A DNA stretch of 64,000 nucleotides from the human T2T-CHM13v2.0 reference genome, Homo sapiens: NCBI RefSeq assembly GCF_009914755.1, contig NC_060925.1; one strand, written 5' to 3'. Both the position numbers and the translations under genes were made by a program. Below, one piece after another: positions 1 through 63,051 of the stretch. The notes beneath the pieces are model-generated. The model saw only the letters and a program-made list of their open reading frames with translations. It was not told the DNA's origin and did no database searches. Positions within the stretch are counted from its first letter, which is position 1; each line of letters starts with the position of its first letter.

Positions 1-628
1 CTTCTGAAGGGGTTGGGGCCAGAGGAAGGGAGAGAAGGAGGGGTCTGAGGAGAAGGGCAGAACTGTTTTCCTACTACTTCCAAGCTGGCCAAAGTTCCTG
101 TTTTATGGATGGATGCAATAACACAGGGAGAGGGAGAAATTTCCCCAACTCCAACCCTCAGTTATCAAAGAAAAACCCTTAGTTTGCAATTGATGTTGGA
201 GATTCTGGGGTGTAGTGGTGAGGGATATATCTGTATTGGCAGTATCAGGTCTCAGCCCGACCAGCAACACATTTGATGATATCGCTTCTAAAAATCACTC
301 GGTACCTCTGTACTAACTTTGGAGTCAAGTTTAAACTCCTCCTCAGGGCAAGACACTTCATGAGCAGCCCCTGGCCCCTCTGCAGTCTCACCTCCTGGTA
401 TCCCACTGGCATCCCCCACAGCCATGGTAGAGAAGCCATGAACATGTTGCAACTCCTCACAACTCTAAGCCTTTGGAAATGTCATTTCTTCTCCCCCGGC
501 TAATTCATATTCAGCTCTCAAGATTAGGCAGTTAACCATGAGCAGCTTCAAGGCAGGTTATGTTTTACCTATCTCTGTATCCTTGAGCCTCTCAAAGTAG
601 CTGCCTTGAATGAGTTTCAAAAGGTTAG

Positions 629-985
<357 letters not shown>

Positions 986-2356
986 TAGGAGGTACTGGAT
1001 AAATTAATTTTTGAATCAAACCTCTTCTGAGCCTCTGTGATGTGGAAGGCATGGTGCTAGGCACTACTGGGGGTATACAAAATCGTGTCTCTGATTTAAG
1101 GAAATGAGAGTTCATGGGGAACAAGACATGAAAAGTTCATAAATATATTGCTTAAGGCACTGTGAGATAACTTGAAGTTAATTCTATAGAAATTTAAAAG
1201 GAGGGAACATTTCTGACTTATGTAACAATTATCACACACCCTCCTTTTCACTTGGAAATGGACTCTTAATCTGTTAATTATTTTCTTAACGGTTTAGAAG
1301 TGTCTTTTATTGTGTGGCTTGGATCTGTTTAAAAAGTAGGTGGGTCATAAATAATAAATAAAGAAAACAGGTGATCAGGCTTAGGAGGCCCTCTGGGTTG
1401 TGCGTTCAGACAGTATCCAAGAAGTTTGACTTGGTGTGAAAGGGTGGGATTACATGTTAATGATAGCAGGGTTTAGATTCTACACTGAAAGGAAGCAGTT
1501 AGTGAGCCCTGGGAGGAGTTGAAGGAAAGCAGTTACAAAAATGGATGCTTCCCAAGACCCTCCATTAAGCCTCCTGGGATAGGTCCCCTGTCTGTCCCTA
1601 GACTCCAGGGTACTGCTGGGCACTTCAAGAGAGACAGAGAATTTGAATACTCATGAGTCTTGGAATGTAGGAATAACAATTCATCCGAACAAGCAAACAT
1701 GATAGACAATTTTTTTTTTTACCCACTGAGGACATTGTGTCTAAAAATCTGATTTGTGCCCAGGAATTATCTGTATAGAATTTTCATTACTTTATAGAAT
1801 TGATATTGCATAGTTCTGTAGGATAAGGATCTAGCACTTGAGTTATGAATAGCTCAGGATGACATAACACACAATGGTTAGTTGGACTGGATATGTCCAT
1901 AAAGCTGAATTCTAATTCAACTATGAGCATCTCTGATTCTGCTTCTGATTCTAGGTGACTTTAATCCCAAATTGAATTTTCTGACATTTCTGTAAAATGG
2001 GGCATGAGAGAGCACGTCGGTTATGGGGTTTAAATATAAAAGAGTTAAGAGCTGAGAAGTGCCTCCTTGGTCAATTAAACCACACTGACATCCCGTTTTC
2101 CTTTTCTTCTTTTTCATAATTAGAGAGGAAGTGGAGGGAAAGGAAATAAATAACTTTAACAAAGTATGCCTAGTTTAAATGCACCAGGTCCCCGCTCTTT
2201 TATAAACTCATAATTCTCATTGCATCACTAATTTGAAATTAATCACAGCTCCTTGGTGTCTCAGAAAGCTTCCTATTGCTTTTCACTACGTAACTTTCCA
2301 AGTCTGTGTGTTTGGTACTCTAGGATGTTAGGCCACCAGAGGAAAGAGGATGTATC

Positions 2357-2766
2357 TTTTTTTTTTTTATACTTTAAGTTTTAGGGTACATGTGCACAAT
2401 GCGCAGGTTAGTTACATATGTATACATGTGCCATGCTGGTGTGCTGCACCCATTAACTCGTCATTTAGCATTAGGTATATCTCCTAATGCTATCCCTCCC
2501 CCCCTCCCCCCACCCCACAACAGTCCCCAGAGTGTGATGTTCCCCTTCCTGTGTCCATGTGTTCTCATTGTTCAATTCCCACCTATGAGTGAGAATATGC
2601 GGTGTTTGGTTTTTTGTTCTTGCGATAGTTTACTGAGAATGATGATTTCCAATTTCATCCATGTCCCTACAAAGGACATGAACTCATCATTTTTTATGGC
2701 TGCATAGTATTCCATGGTGTATATGTGCCATATTTTCTTAATCCAGTCTATCATTGTTGGACATTT
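2357..2766 (-). mobile_element. Young L1PA (L1PA2/3-like) 3' end, 5'-truncated
   Basis: poly-T, tatactttaagttttagggtacatgtgcac..., and the ORF2 C-terminus (WHIYTMEYYAAIKNDEFMSFVGTWMKLE...FSLIGGN) on the - strand. Confidence 0.95.
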
Positions 2767-3067
2767 TCTTTTTGATAGTCGAATTCCCTTCAACGTCTAG
2801 CACAGTGCCTTGCACATTTACCCACTCAAAAAAAATTTCGTAAGGAATTAATAAATGAATCCTTAGGAGGAAAAGTGAAAATGAAGTTTTTCTCTCAGGA
2901 TGAGGTGTATTTCTCCGTTCATTTCAGATATGCATCAGCTAGTCAGCGTAAATTGTGCTTTTTATATGCTCACCAGGTGTAGGTAAGAGCTTTGGCTGAG
3001 ATGGAGAAATTCATCGCGGGAGGATAATAAAGCGGGCAGGGATTTGGCAACCTCAGAGCCGCGAGGA

Positions 3068-3110
3068 GGAGGCGGAGTCGCGGAGAGTTTGAGTATTTCC
3101 GTCCAATCAA
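3068..3110 (+). promoter_or_regulatory. PHGDH proximal promoter: GC box (GGAGGCGGAG) and CCAAT box (3103-3107)
   Basis: Sp1-type and NF-Y-type motifs 155-195 nt upstream of the ATG; no clear TATA box. Confidence 0.65.
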
Positions 3111-3145
3111 AAGGAGACTGTAGGAGGAGGAGGAGGAGGAGATGA

Positions 3146-35285
<32,140 letters not shown>

Positions 35286-35440
35286 CCTTGGAGCTCACTG
35301 GTCCCTGCCTCTGGGGCTTTTCTGAAGAAACCCACCCACTGTGATCAATAGGGAGAGAAAATCCACATTCTTGGGCTGAACGCGGGCCTCTGACACTGCT
35401 TACACTGCACTCTGACCCTGTAGTACAGCAATAACCGTCT

Positions 35441-35446
35441 AATAAA
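35441..35446 (+). terminator. PHGDH polyadenylation signal AATAAA
   Basis: AATAAA about 155 nt after the stop, followed by a GU/U-rich element (ttttgtgtggt, about 35473-35483). Confidence 0.9.
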
Positions 35447-35495
35447 GAGCCTACCCCCAACTCCTTCTGCACTTTTGTGTGGTCATTATCCTAAA

Positions 35496-35514
35496 GCGCC
35501 ACCAGAGGGCGTCC
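35496..35514 (+). promoter_or_regulatory. Predicted CTCF site GCGCCACCAGAGGGCGTCC
   Basis: Near-perfect match to the CCASYAGRKGGCR core. Confidence 0.75.
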
Positions 35515-37100
35515 AAAGGCAGACGTAGGGTTTGGTTTAGACTGCGGGAGCGGAGCGGGTGTGGGGGAAGATGGGGATGAGCAAATGGCTTGGTTGAGTT
35601 CTTTGAAGGTGATCCCTCTCTTGTCTGCCGAAGGTTACTCAGAGGCACTTTTACAGGAGCAAAGCTCAATGTATTTCACAGTGCTACGGTATTTCAGACC
35701 CCTTCCATCTGGGAATATACATGCACGTTAATAAGTAAGATTCAACACACAAGCCCAGCATTATGTACCAGGCACTGGGCTAGGTGCTTTACTTTAAGAG
35801 GAGAATTCAAACCTGACCCTTTTTCCATAGAAGTCTGGTGGGAGGGACAGAGCATGCAGAGGTGACTGGAAGCAGTGAGTGATGCTACAACAGAGGTGTA
35901 TAGGAAATTCTCTAGAGTCCAAAGGAGGAAGTAATTTGAGCTGAGGATATTGGTGTCTCAGGAGATGTTTAGAAGGATTTCATAAGGGAAAGAAAGTGTA
36001 AAATTATGGGGGTATGAGACTATTTGGCAAGTTCACAAAGCAAGGTCAGTGTGGGTTGGTGAACATGTCACTTTTTTTTGAAAGATGATTTTCATGCAAA
36101 ATACAGCTGAACGGCACTCTACCCAAAAGATTCACTTCAGGGAATTTTTTTCCCCATTAATAAGGGATGATCCATTCTTACTGTGTGCCCAGTAGTGTCT
36201 GTTTCTGAGATTCCTGGCCTGGCTAAGAAGGCTTGACACAGGGCAGCTGCTTGGCACTGGCAGGGGCGAGTCCAGCACTCTGGCCTCCTTAGTTTTGTGA
36301 TGGAGCTAAGCATCAATAAGAACTCCAGCAGTAAGGGCTGTGTTAGTGTCTGCAGTGAACTCAGAGGGGTTGGCCTTGCTGTAGCTCACCTTGAAGGGAA
36401 TGGGCCTGGTTGTGAATGTCACGGTCAACTCTGGACAGCTGTCTGACCGGGAACTCAGTGTTTAATTATCCTAGACCTTTGTTTCCTCATCTGTGGGAGG
36501 GCTAATGGTGCCTCTCACAGAACTGCAATGAGAATTTACTGGATTAAACAGTGACTTACGGGAAGTGCCAGGAGCACTTGGTGAATGTTGGTTTCTTCAT
36601 CCTATGTTAGTCTGAGAGCAGACAGGCAGGTCTCAATTCTTTACATAGAACCAACCCCATGAACCAAATAGTTCTCAACATGACCTCATTGCAATTATGT
36701 TCAGCCAGATCTAGACACTGGGTGTCCTGACATCAGACAACCCATTCTCTCCAACTGGAAATATACCTGTGCCTCACATGGCATCCACTGAGGTCACTTG
36801 AGTGCACTGATGGATAGAAAAACAGGCTGAAATTTATGAAGTTAAAAATTCAGTTAAAAATTGAGCTCAATGTTTAGCCTCTCAGCCTCCTTCCTCATAA
36901 GCCCCTAAACAAATCATGTTCTGTGCACTAAGGTCTTCGGAACAGTACTAGAAATGCAGATTACTTGAGCATCTCAAAATATCTTCCTAGACTGGGTCAT
37001 GAAAGAGGGCATGGGACGATCTTATCGTATCACGTCTCCCATGGCTGTCCACATGACCTCTCCCAAACTTAAAGGGCAGGATTCATTGTAAAATTCAGCT

Positions 37101-37702
37101 GGTTTCTTTAGGAAACTGTAATATTTTTCATAATAGCTGCATCAATTTACATTCCCATCAACAGTCTAGAAAGTTTCTCCTTTTCTCCACATCTTTACCA
37201 ACACTTGCTATCTCTTGTCTTTTTGGTAATAGCCATCTTAACAGGTGTGAGGTGGTATCTCACCGTGGTTTTGATTTGCATTTCCCTGATGACTAAGTAA
37301 ATAGGCCAGACACAAAAAGAAAATTATTGCACTTACTCATTTATATGTGGAATCCCCCCCCAAAAAAGAGGTCAAATATATTGACATAGGAACTAGAAAA
37401 GTAGTTGAGGGGGGTGTCTAGGGAGATACAGGTCAAAGAATGTAAAGTAGAAAATACATAGGGTGAGTAAGTCAAAAGATCTGATGTACAACCTGAGGAC
37501 TATAGTTAATAACAGTGTATTGTACTGAGGATTTTTCCTAAATTAGTAGATTGCAGCTGCTCTTGCCATGGTGGCGGGGGATGGGTAACTTTGTAAAATA
37601 ATGAATATGTTAATTTGTTCCGTTACAGTAACCATTTTACTACATATATATATCTTACAACGTCATGTTCTATCCCTCAAATATATACAATGAAATTTTT
37701 GA
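37101..37702 (+). mobile_element. L1MA-type 3' end with inverted 5' segment (37101 to about 37293 on -, remainder on +)
   Basis: Antisense L1 ORF2 motif ggtgtgaggtggtatctcac...ttgatttgcatttccctgat joined to a sense L1M 3' UTR; TSD aaaat(t/c)cagct. Confidence 0.75.
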
Positions 37703-39244
37703 AAAATCCAGCTAGGGCTACAGGGAGGGTGCCATGGACTCCCTCATGTTCTTTGTGGCATGTGGCATCTCTTCACTGCCCCTTTAGAGTAGAAGTTCAT
37801 TCTTGTGCACACACAGCAGAAGGCTGGCTGTGAGCTCAGGGTGGAGGCAGGGCAAAAGCTGGGCCACGCACAGAATCTGCCTCAATGTGCTGACTCCTGA
37901 AGTTGTGATCAGTGTGTCCCCCTAGAGCTTGGGCTTGTCTCATGGTCAGTGGCGGGGCCATCTTTTGCATCAGTTTTAACATCACATGTTGAGTATTCCC
38001 GTTTGAATGAGTGTATCATAGCCCAACACTTGCCCAATCTGCCGTCCTCTCTCCTGCCCTAGGTCACCCTGTGTGAATTTTTGCCCACAGGGAAAGTCTT
38101 TATTTGTATGGTATCTGTAGACTTTAGGGTGAAAATGTTGACTGAGCCATTGGCAACTCATTCCCTCGTGTGCTGACCTTACATGGGGGAGAGGGCTTTG
38201 TTCAGAGCAGGCAGGCATCAGTGTCCCAGAGCTGCCGGAGGAAGGCCTCGGGCTCAGTATAAAAGTTGGTGAATAAGGAAGTTGGAGGGAGCCAGTGCTG
38301 ATGCCCAGCTGGTGTGTGGGCTGTGGGCAGTGTCCATTCAATTGGTCAGCCCTTGACAACCTGGTTGTCGAATGTTTAATATCATTCCATTTGTGCTCAA
38401 ATGCCTCCCTAGTGGAGACAGGCCTGGCCTCTGATGCAGGAAGTATGGGAAGTTCTGGTTGCTGAGGCTGACTGAGGCTGATGGAGAGAGTTTCAGCACC
38501 AACACTGCACAGTGAGCTTCTGTGTGGATAGAAGGCCAGGCCCGAGGCCTCTTGTCTCCAGAGCTAAGGTTAGTGCTGGGTTTTCTCCCCTGCACACAGA
38601 TACCGAAAGGCACATGTTGTTCTGCTAGGGATGCCAACCAGGTTGAGGGCCCCTAAACATCTTGCTGAGGAGGTGCAGGCAGCAAGAGGGTAGCAAAGAG
38701 GGGCTGCTAAGCAGCGGCTGCAGCTGGTGTGATGAGTAGAGTTTTGCAGGCACCTTGAGAGAGGCCTGGGAAGGCAGTCAGCTAATGCTGGATTCTCTGA
38801 GCAAATTGGGGCTTATCTGGGATTTGTTGTGACATGAACAGCCTTGAGCAAAACAGTGAAGGGAACAGACCCAGCTTCTCATTCCTGTGGGGCCATTCTT
38901 AAGCGCTCCCTGAGGCTTAAGGGAGCCTTAAGCCTCCCCTGCTTCTCCTCCTCCTCCTCCTCCCCTCCTCCTCCCCTGCCCCCACCAGCTCTGCTCCCCG
39001 CCAATGGAAAGCATCCTCTCTCTTTTCCAAGGTGCCCTTTCCTCATGGGGGTGACTGAGGAAACTTTCTAAAAGGAAGTGATGACAACACCCTGATACTT
39101 TCCCTCTCCTCCCACTCCCGTCCTCAGCTCAATCCCCATCTGCCTGAACCATTGCTATTTTATAAGAGGACCCTAGAAGAAGCAGTGCCCTCCCCCAAGG
39201 GGGAAAGATCCTGTAATGGAATAATTTCCTGCCAGGCATCAAAA

Positions 39245-39262
39245 TTTATTTATTTTTTTATT
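39245..39262 (-). terminator. Distal HMGCS2 poly(A) signal cluster (three AATAAA)
   Basis: tttatttatttttttatt on the + strand. Confidence 0.7.
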
Positions 39263-39637
39263 TTTGGCTATAGAAGGCAAAAACTTGTTAACCTTTGCGC
39301 TGTGTTTATTTGTTCAAATAACAGCGGCAAGGAATGACCAAGAAGATCTGAACTACAGCTCCTGCTGGCCCCTGTCTGCTGCTCTCTGTCTATGTGGTGT
39401 CTTTAGAACAGGGAAGTGGGCTGGGGGAAGCTGTGTTCTACCGTTCTTATTTGCCTTGTACCTGTCATAGCACTTGGCATGTGGCAGAAATAGAATGGAA
39501 TTGCAAGGGGACAGAGGCAGCCTGTGAGGCAAGGACCCAGCCCTCTGACCCACAAGGTCTAGCAGGCTTGCTGCATGTTAGGCTGGGTTTGTATTCTGGG
39601 TTCCAAGAAACGCAGGAATCATTTCCTCTTTCTCTCT

Positions 39638-39643
39638 TTTTAA
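39638..39643 (-). terminator. Proximal HMGCS2 poly(A) signal ATTAAA
   Basis: tttaat on the + strand, about 440 nt into the last exon. Confidence 0.6.
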
Positions 39644-42050
39644 TTGCTATATATTAGCTTAGAACAAGGTACAAAATTTGGAGATTCACAGGAACAGCAC
39701 AGAAGTTTAACAATATTAATAATAATAAAGTTCTAACACATGACAGGAAAGTTTATCTGGATCTTGAAGGCAACAGCTGATCTGCATGCACATTTCTGGA
39801 GTCCAGTGATTCAGGAAGAGGTCTTCTCTCCATTGCTCCATCTTGCTCTTTCACAAAGGACCCCTAGTCCATAGCACCATAAGCCCAGGACAGTGATTGC
39901 AGCATGGAGAGGAATGAAGGGCCCGCTAGAGATGGCTCCTCACTCTACAGGGCTGATGCTTATGGGGCTACTATGTCGATTCAAATTCATTTACCAGCTA
40001 AGAGTGGGATCTTAAAAATATGATTCACGGGGAGAAGCTCTGCTAGCATACGTTTCCCAGGAAGCTTTCCATGGATCTGCAGAACTTAAATAAACAAAAA
40101 GTCATTCAATCATGGGTCTCCTCTTGGGCACCCTGCCCCCAGTACCTGCTTCTTGCCCGAGGTGTGGCTGTGCAGAGGGGCTCCCCTAACTGCATCCTGA
40201 GGGTGCTCCCACTATGCACCCTGTGCCAAGCCTGGACACCTGAGGGATCTGTGCCCAATGCTACTGGAGCCAAGGCTGGGGGTAGGCAGGGTCCCCGTCG
40301 CACATCTGCCTGTGATAGGAGAGCAGGAGAGGCAGGCTAGGGCACTGCAGAGACCTGTAGAGCTCCACCATGAGCACTGCACTGACAGCAGCCCTTCATT
40401 TCTGCTAAAATCTCATTGTTGGAAGTTCACTGCTCATATTAATAATCAACATGAGAAAAGGTCAAGAGTTCCAGCTTTTTTTTTCAGGTATAATTCTGCC
40501 TAAGCACTTGCAAGAAGCTTGTCTACCATGAGAGGGAGGGAGGCTGACGTGGAAATTCTCCTTTAAAAATTCCAAATTTCTCTTTCTCTCTCCCCCTCCC
40601 GCTGACTCTCTCCCCAACCTCTCTCTCTCCCTTTCCCCCCCCCTCCCTATTTCTCCCACTCTTCTTCTGATGAATGAACTAAGTTGACACATTTAACAGC
40701 CCCTCTTTGCTACTGACCTGCCCTTAAGAACCGTATTTCCAACATGCACACAGGCTCCCGGGCAGTACCACAGTCTTCAGGGCTGCTAACTGAGCTCGTC
40801 CTCTCAAAGGCATCCTGCGGCCCTCAGCCCACTTGTCCACCTCTCCTAGCCCTAACAACATCTGGGCTGCAACAGCCTAGCACCTGCCAATATCCCATCG
40901 GTAAGGAATGAACCCAGGGCCCCTCCACCCGCACCTCTGCTTCCTCTCAGGTGGCTGTATCTGTGCATCTCTGCCACCCACTGACTTCTTCCTTCCCTTC
41001 CTCTGCTCCTTCCCTGCCTCGGCACACCTTTTTCTTCTTCCCTCTCCATCTACCAAAAGGAGGGGAAAATCTTAAAAACTTGAGCATGGAGACTGCACTA
41101 ATTAAAATTTATGGGTTGTAAAATAAATCTCTTCTCACTCTATCATTCTGCTTATCCTACCTATTTGGTCAACTGAAGGCAGCTACCTTCATATAAGGTT
41201 CATATAAGATTCTTATTTTTGAATGTTTGCTTTCCTTTAAAAACGATCATAAAGAATATCTCCCATTTCTCCTGTCACCGCAATCCTCTTTCACCTTGCT
41301 CTCTTCTCCCTATCCTTGTGTCCACGAATTTCCTGAACCTCATTGCTTCTCCCCAGAAAGAATCCCATGATATAAGAATTGTTACATGACCCTTAGCCTA
41401 AAACTCCCTCCAGCAGAAGTATCTGGCTTTAACAGAATCTTCAACCGCCCCATTCCTTATGAATCTGTCTCCCACACATTGGTGTGTACCATTTCTGAGG
41501 TTTTGGGGCTGTTCATCTTGGTTGTTCTGTTGCTCATCAGATCTGTTGATCTCATCCCCCTGGAGTAATGATTTCTATAGGTTCAGGTTCACAGCCTGTT
41601 CACTCAACGGATGCTCTGAATGCTAATCTGTCAAGCTTCTAGGAGAGCTTCCTATCTTCAGCAGATCAGGTAAACAAATCCAGCTCCTATTTTTCACATT
41701 CAAGATTTCAGAACATGTTTCTCCCCCAGCTTTTGCCTTTCCAAGGCAAAGAGCCCCAAGAGTTTTAATTGGTCTTTATGGTACAAATCCCCACTTCTGA
41801 TTAGTTTGAAAGCTGTGAACCCTCCCTGGCCTGGTTAATGTTCCCAAACTACAAGATTCCTATTCTGAATACTTGCTTTTCCTTTTAAAAATTCCACAGA
41901 TAATTCTCCCATTTCTCCTGTCACCCCAATCCTCTTCCATTAAACTTTCTTCTCCCTGCACCTGTCCCCACCTTCTCTCTCTGTGTTGTTACCCAGAGGA
42001 AGACATTAGGGTTTTATGCCACCAACTCTGCAAACTCTCACTCACCACCT

Positions 42051-60107
<18,057 letters not shown>

Positions 60108-60160
60108 TCAGAAACCCAGCAGAAACCTTGAAAGAGATGCCCAGTGGTGCCCGGCAGGAC

Positions 60161-60166
60161 TTTATA
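60161..60166 (-). promoter_or_regulatory. HMGCS2 TATA box (TATAAA)
   Basis: About 85 nt upstream of the ATG, implying a TSS near 60130-60140. Confidence 0.8.
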
Positions 60167-60192
60167 AAGCCCCAAGACTCCTGCCTCCCTAA

Positions 60193-60201
60193 GCCCCGCC
60201 T
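60193..60201 (-). promoter_or_regulatory. HMGCS2 GC box (Sp1-type, AGGCGGGGC)
   Basis: About 30 nt upstream of the TATA box. Confidence 0.65.
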
Positions 60202-60230
60202 CTGCTCACCGTGGCTCAGTCTGCTTCTAA

Positions 60231-60247
60231 AACTGGGTCAAAGGGCT
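60231..60247 (+). promoter_or_regulatory. PPAR response element (DR1): AACT GGGTCA A AGGGCT
   Basis: DR1 with the AACT 5' extension typical of PPAR:RXR sites; HMGCS2 is a well-established PPARalpha target via a proximal PPRE. Confidence 0.85.
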
Positions 60248-61379
60248 CACTCAGAACACGGGCGAGTCAAAGACAAACAGCATCTCTCCAACATGTACAT
60301 AGCTGCCCTGCTCCTGAGCATGTGTGGGAATGGCTGGGCATTGTTCCTCCTACTCCATCAGGCTCTGTGGCAGCCTTGATTCTGCCCAGCTACCTAAGCA
60401 GGAGGTTATGATGTTCCTTGTTGTATCACATCCCAAGGTAACCCTATGTGTCTTGTTTTAGACCCTGGCTCCTTATCTGTATTACTCTCACTGGGTGTTC
60501 CACACTCCTCTCTGTGGTGTTAGTTGTTATTATTTTAATGTGCTATGCATTATAAGAAACATCTTTCTAAACCAAAGGGAAACTCTTTTAATAGTAGCTT
60601 TTCAAGGAGTTGGGAGTGAGTGTTGGCACATAGGCCAAGGGCTGGGCGTTAGAGTATGTGGAACCTACTATATTTCTCCTGTTTATTGTCCACCCTTTTA
60701 CTTGTACAGCTCTACACAATTTCCAAGTGGGATGAAATTAGTGTTGTAGTAAAGGGACAGGAGCCTCAAAGAGGTGACAGTTTGAAGCTCAATCTCCTAA
60801 GGAGGAAAGGTTTACTTTATAGATGAGGTCAGAGTTATGTATAAAGGAGTCATTTTCCCAAAGACCTGCAGCTAGGAAGTTGCAGAATGAGAACTCAACC
60901 ATGTCTTTTGACTCCAGATTCTGGTCCTTCTGCTTTGCTCTTCTACTACTCAATAAAAAGGCTCCTGCCATCTGATTTTCCAAATGAATGTCTCCCTCCA
61001 CTCCTCCCACAGCACCAATCTTCCTCTACCTTTTGTGAGTCATGCATTCACTCCTTAGTTCATTCAGTCATCCCCATCACCAACCCCCTGTCTAATATGA
61101 GTGTGTAGGGAACACAGAAAAGAGCTGGAGTGGTTCCTGCTTTAGGAGGATATAGTTGACTTCATGTTCCTACAGACAGAGAATGTCTAGGTGCCCCCAG
61201 CAGTCCAGGATATCTAGGTCTTCCATCTTATCTTTAAATTCTTATCTCCATATATCTTGGTGTGTTGGTGTTCTAACTCAATCTCCTACCTTGCTGTGTC
61301 ACCTCCTGCTCTTACACTCAGCCTTTTGCAAAGTTCTGTCGTCAGTGAAATTCTTCATTTCCAATCTCTTCTCTGAAAT

Positions 61380-63000
61380 ACCTGTTGCTTCTTGTCAATC
61401 CAATGCACTTTAAATGCTTACAACAAGGCCTGTGTCCTCTTTGCTTCATACTATCTCTTCCAGGGTATTTCTCCTCTTCCTCCTCTCAAAACCCCTGCTG
61501 TCTTAAAGCACATGCTACAGTCTGTGCCACCCAGTGCCCTTATTCTTGCAGTCAACTAACTGTCATGTTCCACTGTCCCTCATTGATAAAATTTAAGCAC
61601 ATAGATCACTACTTTCCTCTCCACCATCAGTCATCTCAATGGATGTGAGATGTCAATCTCCACATAAGATAATTCACCTGCCCTAGCCTCTCACTGAAGC
61701 TCCCACAGCCATGTCCGTGTTCATGGACATGACTTTAGCCTCCCACTCCACAGTCATAATGTGGACTTTGTTATTACAGTGTCTATGCCACCTCCAACAT
61801 TTTAGTTTCATGCATTCCAATTTCCAACCACCTCTATATTCCCTGCTCCTGTTTAAAGTACCCTCACACCTTTTTCTCCCACTGAGACCACCACTGACTC
61901 CTCTATGTTTTTAGCATTTGTTACACCTCATCACCTCTTTTCTCTCCTTATCCAGATCAGATTAACCATGGTGCCTCACCATAAGCAATCCCTTGCACAC
62001 ACTTTGCAATTTGTGCTCTCTGTCGGACTGGCCTAGCAAACCTTCAATTTTGGTTAAACCCAACTCTTAATCTACTCTGCGCCTGCATCTGAGCAGCTAA
62101 ACATAGATGAAGAAAAACACAACTTTGTACTAACTTGTTAGCTTTAAATTTACAAACATACATCTCAAGTGGACCCTCACCATGGCCTGGTAACTCTACT
62201 ACCTTTTCCCAGTCCATTTGCTCTCCCATCCCAAGAGGGCTAGTCACAACTTCTCTTCTGCCATAGCCCCTTTCTACTCATTCTCAGCTGATCACTTTGA
62301 CTCTGAATTCACTGAGAAAATAGAAACAATCAGAAAAGAATAACTCCGTTTTCCATGAGCAAATCTGGCAAATTGCCTGCCTTTATACCCCACACATTGC
62401 CTTCTCACTGCCTTCTCACTATGCAGAGGAAGAGTCCCTGCTCTGGCCTCGGGCCAGCACCACCATGTGTGCACTGGTTGTACTGCTTGTTTCTCACATA
62501 AGGCTGTGCTCCTGCAGTTTTCCCCTCTCTTTCTCATGATCTATTTTCCCTTTCTACTACATTCTTCTTGTGTTATTGTTCTTATACAATCCCATCTTTA
62601 AATACCTCCTCTTGACTCTATATGTCTTACTGAGTGCCACCAAATCTATGCTGTCATCTATAGGGAAATTTATTTAAAATGTCTGCTTTCAGTGTTTTAC
62701 AAGCTTACCTCTCATTCTGTCTTTAATTGACCACTAAGGCTTTTGCCCCCAGTGCTCCAAGGAATTCCCTCTCATCAAGGTCACCAGTGGCTTCCTTATT
62801 GCCAAATGCAGTGTTTGCTCTTGAACCTTCAGCTTACTAGACCTCTTAGCAGCAAATGGCAAGGCTGCTCTCCCTTCTTCTCAAAGCACCTTTTTCACTT
62901 TGCCCTTAGACCTGACAATCCCATGGTTTTCCTCCAAATCCCTGGCCACTCCCCACAGGTGCTCCCCTCTTTCTGATCTCTAAATTTTGGAGTACTCAGG
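61380..63000 (+). mobile_element. L2 (LINE2) remnant
   Basis: L2-like stretches (ttcactgagaaaatagaaacaatcagaa; caaggtcaccagtggcttccttattgccaaat); boundaries approximate. Confidence 0.6.
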
Positions 63001-63051
63001 TAGTCTCCACATGTTCCTTATTCCACTAAGAAAATGGATAAAACTCGATAG

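Larger units (their letters stand above)
39228..40084 (-). other. HMGCS2: HMGCS2 exon 10, non-coding 3' UTR (3' end approximate)
   Basis: Acceptor tttgtttatttaag|TTCTGCAG at 40084; poly(A) hexamers on the - strand at 39638-39643 (ATTAAA), 39305-39310 and 39245-39262 (AATAAA cluster). Confidence 0.8.

Noticed and set aside
2390-2793. 105-aa and 73-aa ORFs
   Set aside because: They derive from the truncated L1PA (ORF2 tail and its antisense) and are not genes.
37964-37972. Additional CARE-like 8-mers (also 50892-50900)
   Set aside because: The count is within chance expectation and there is no supporting context.
38258-38265. TATAAAAG in the intergenic gap as an antisense promoter
   Set aside because: An isolated motif with no CpG island or downstream exon structure.
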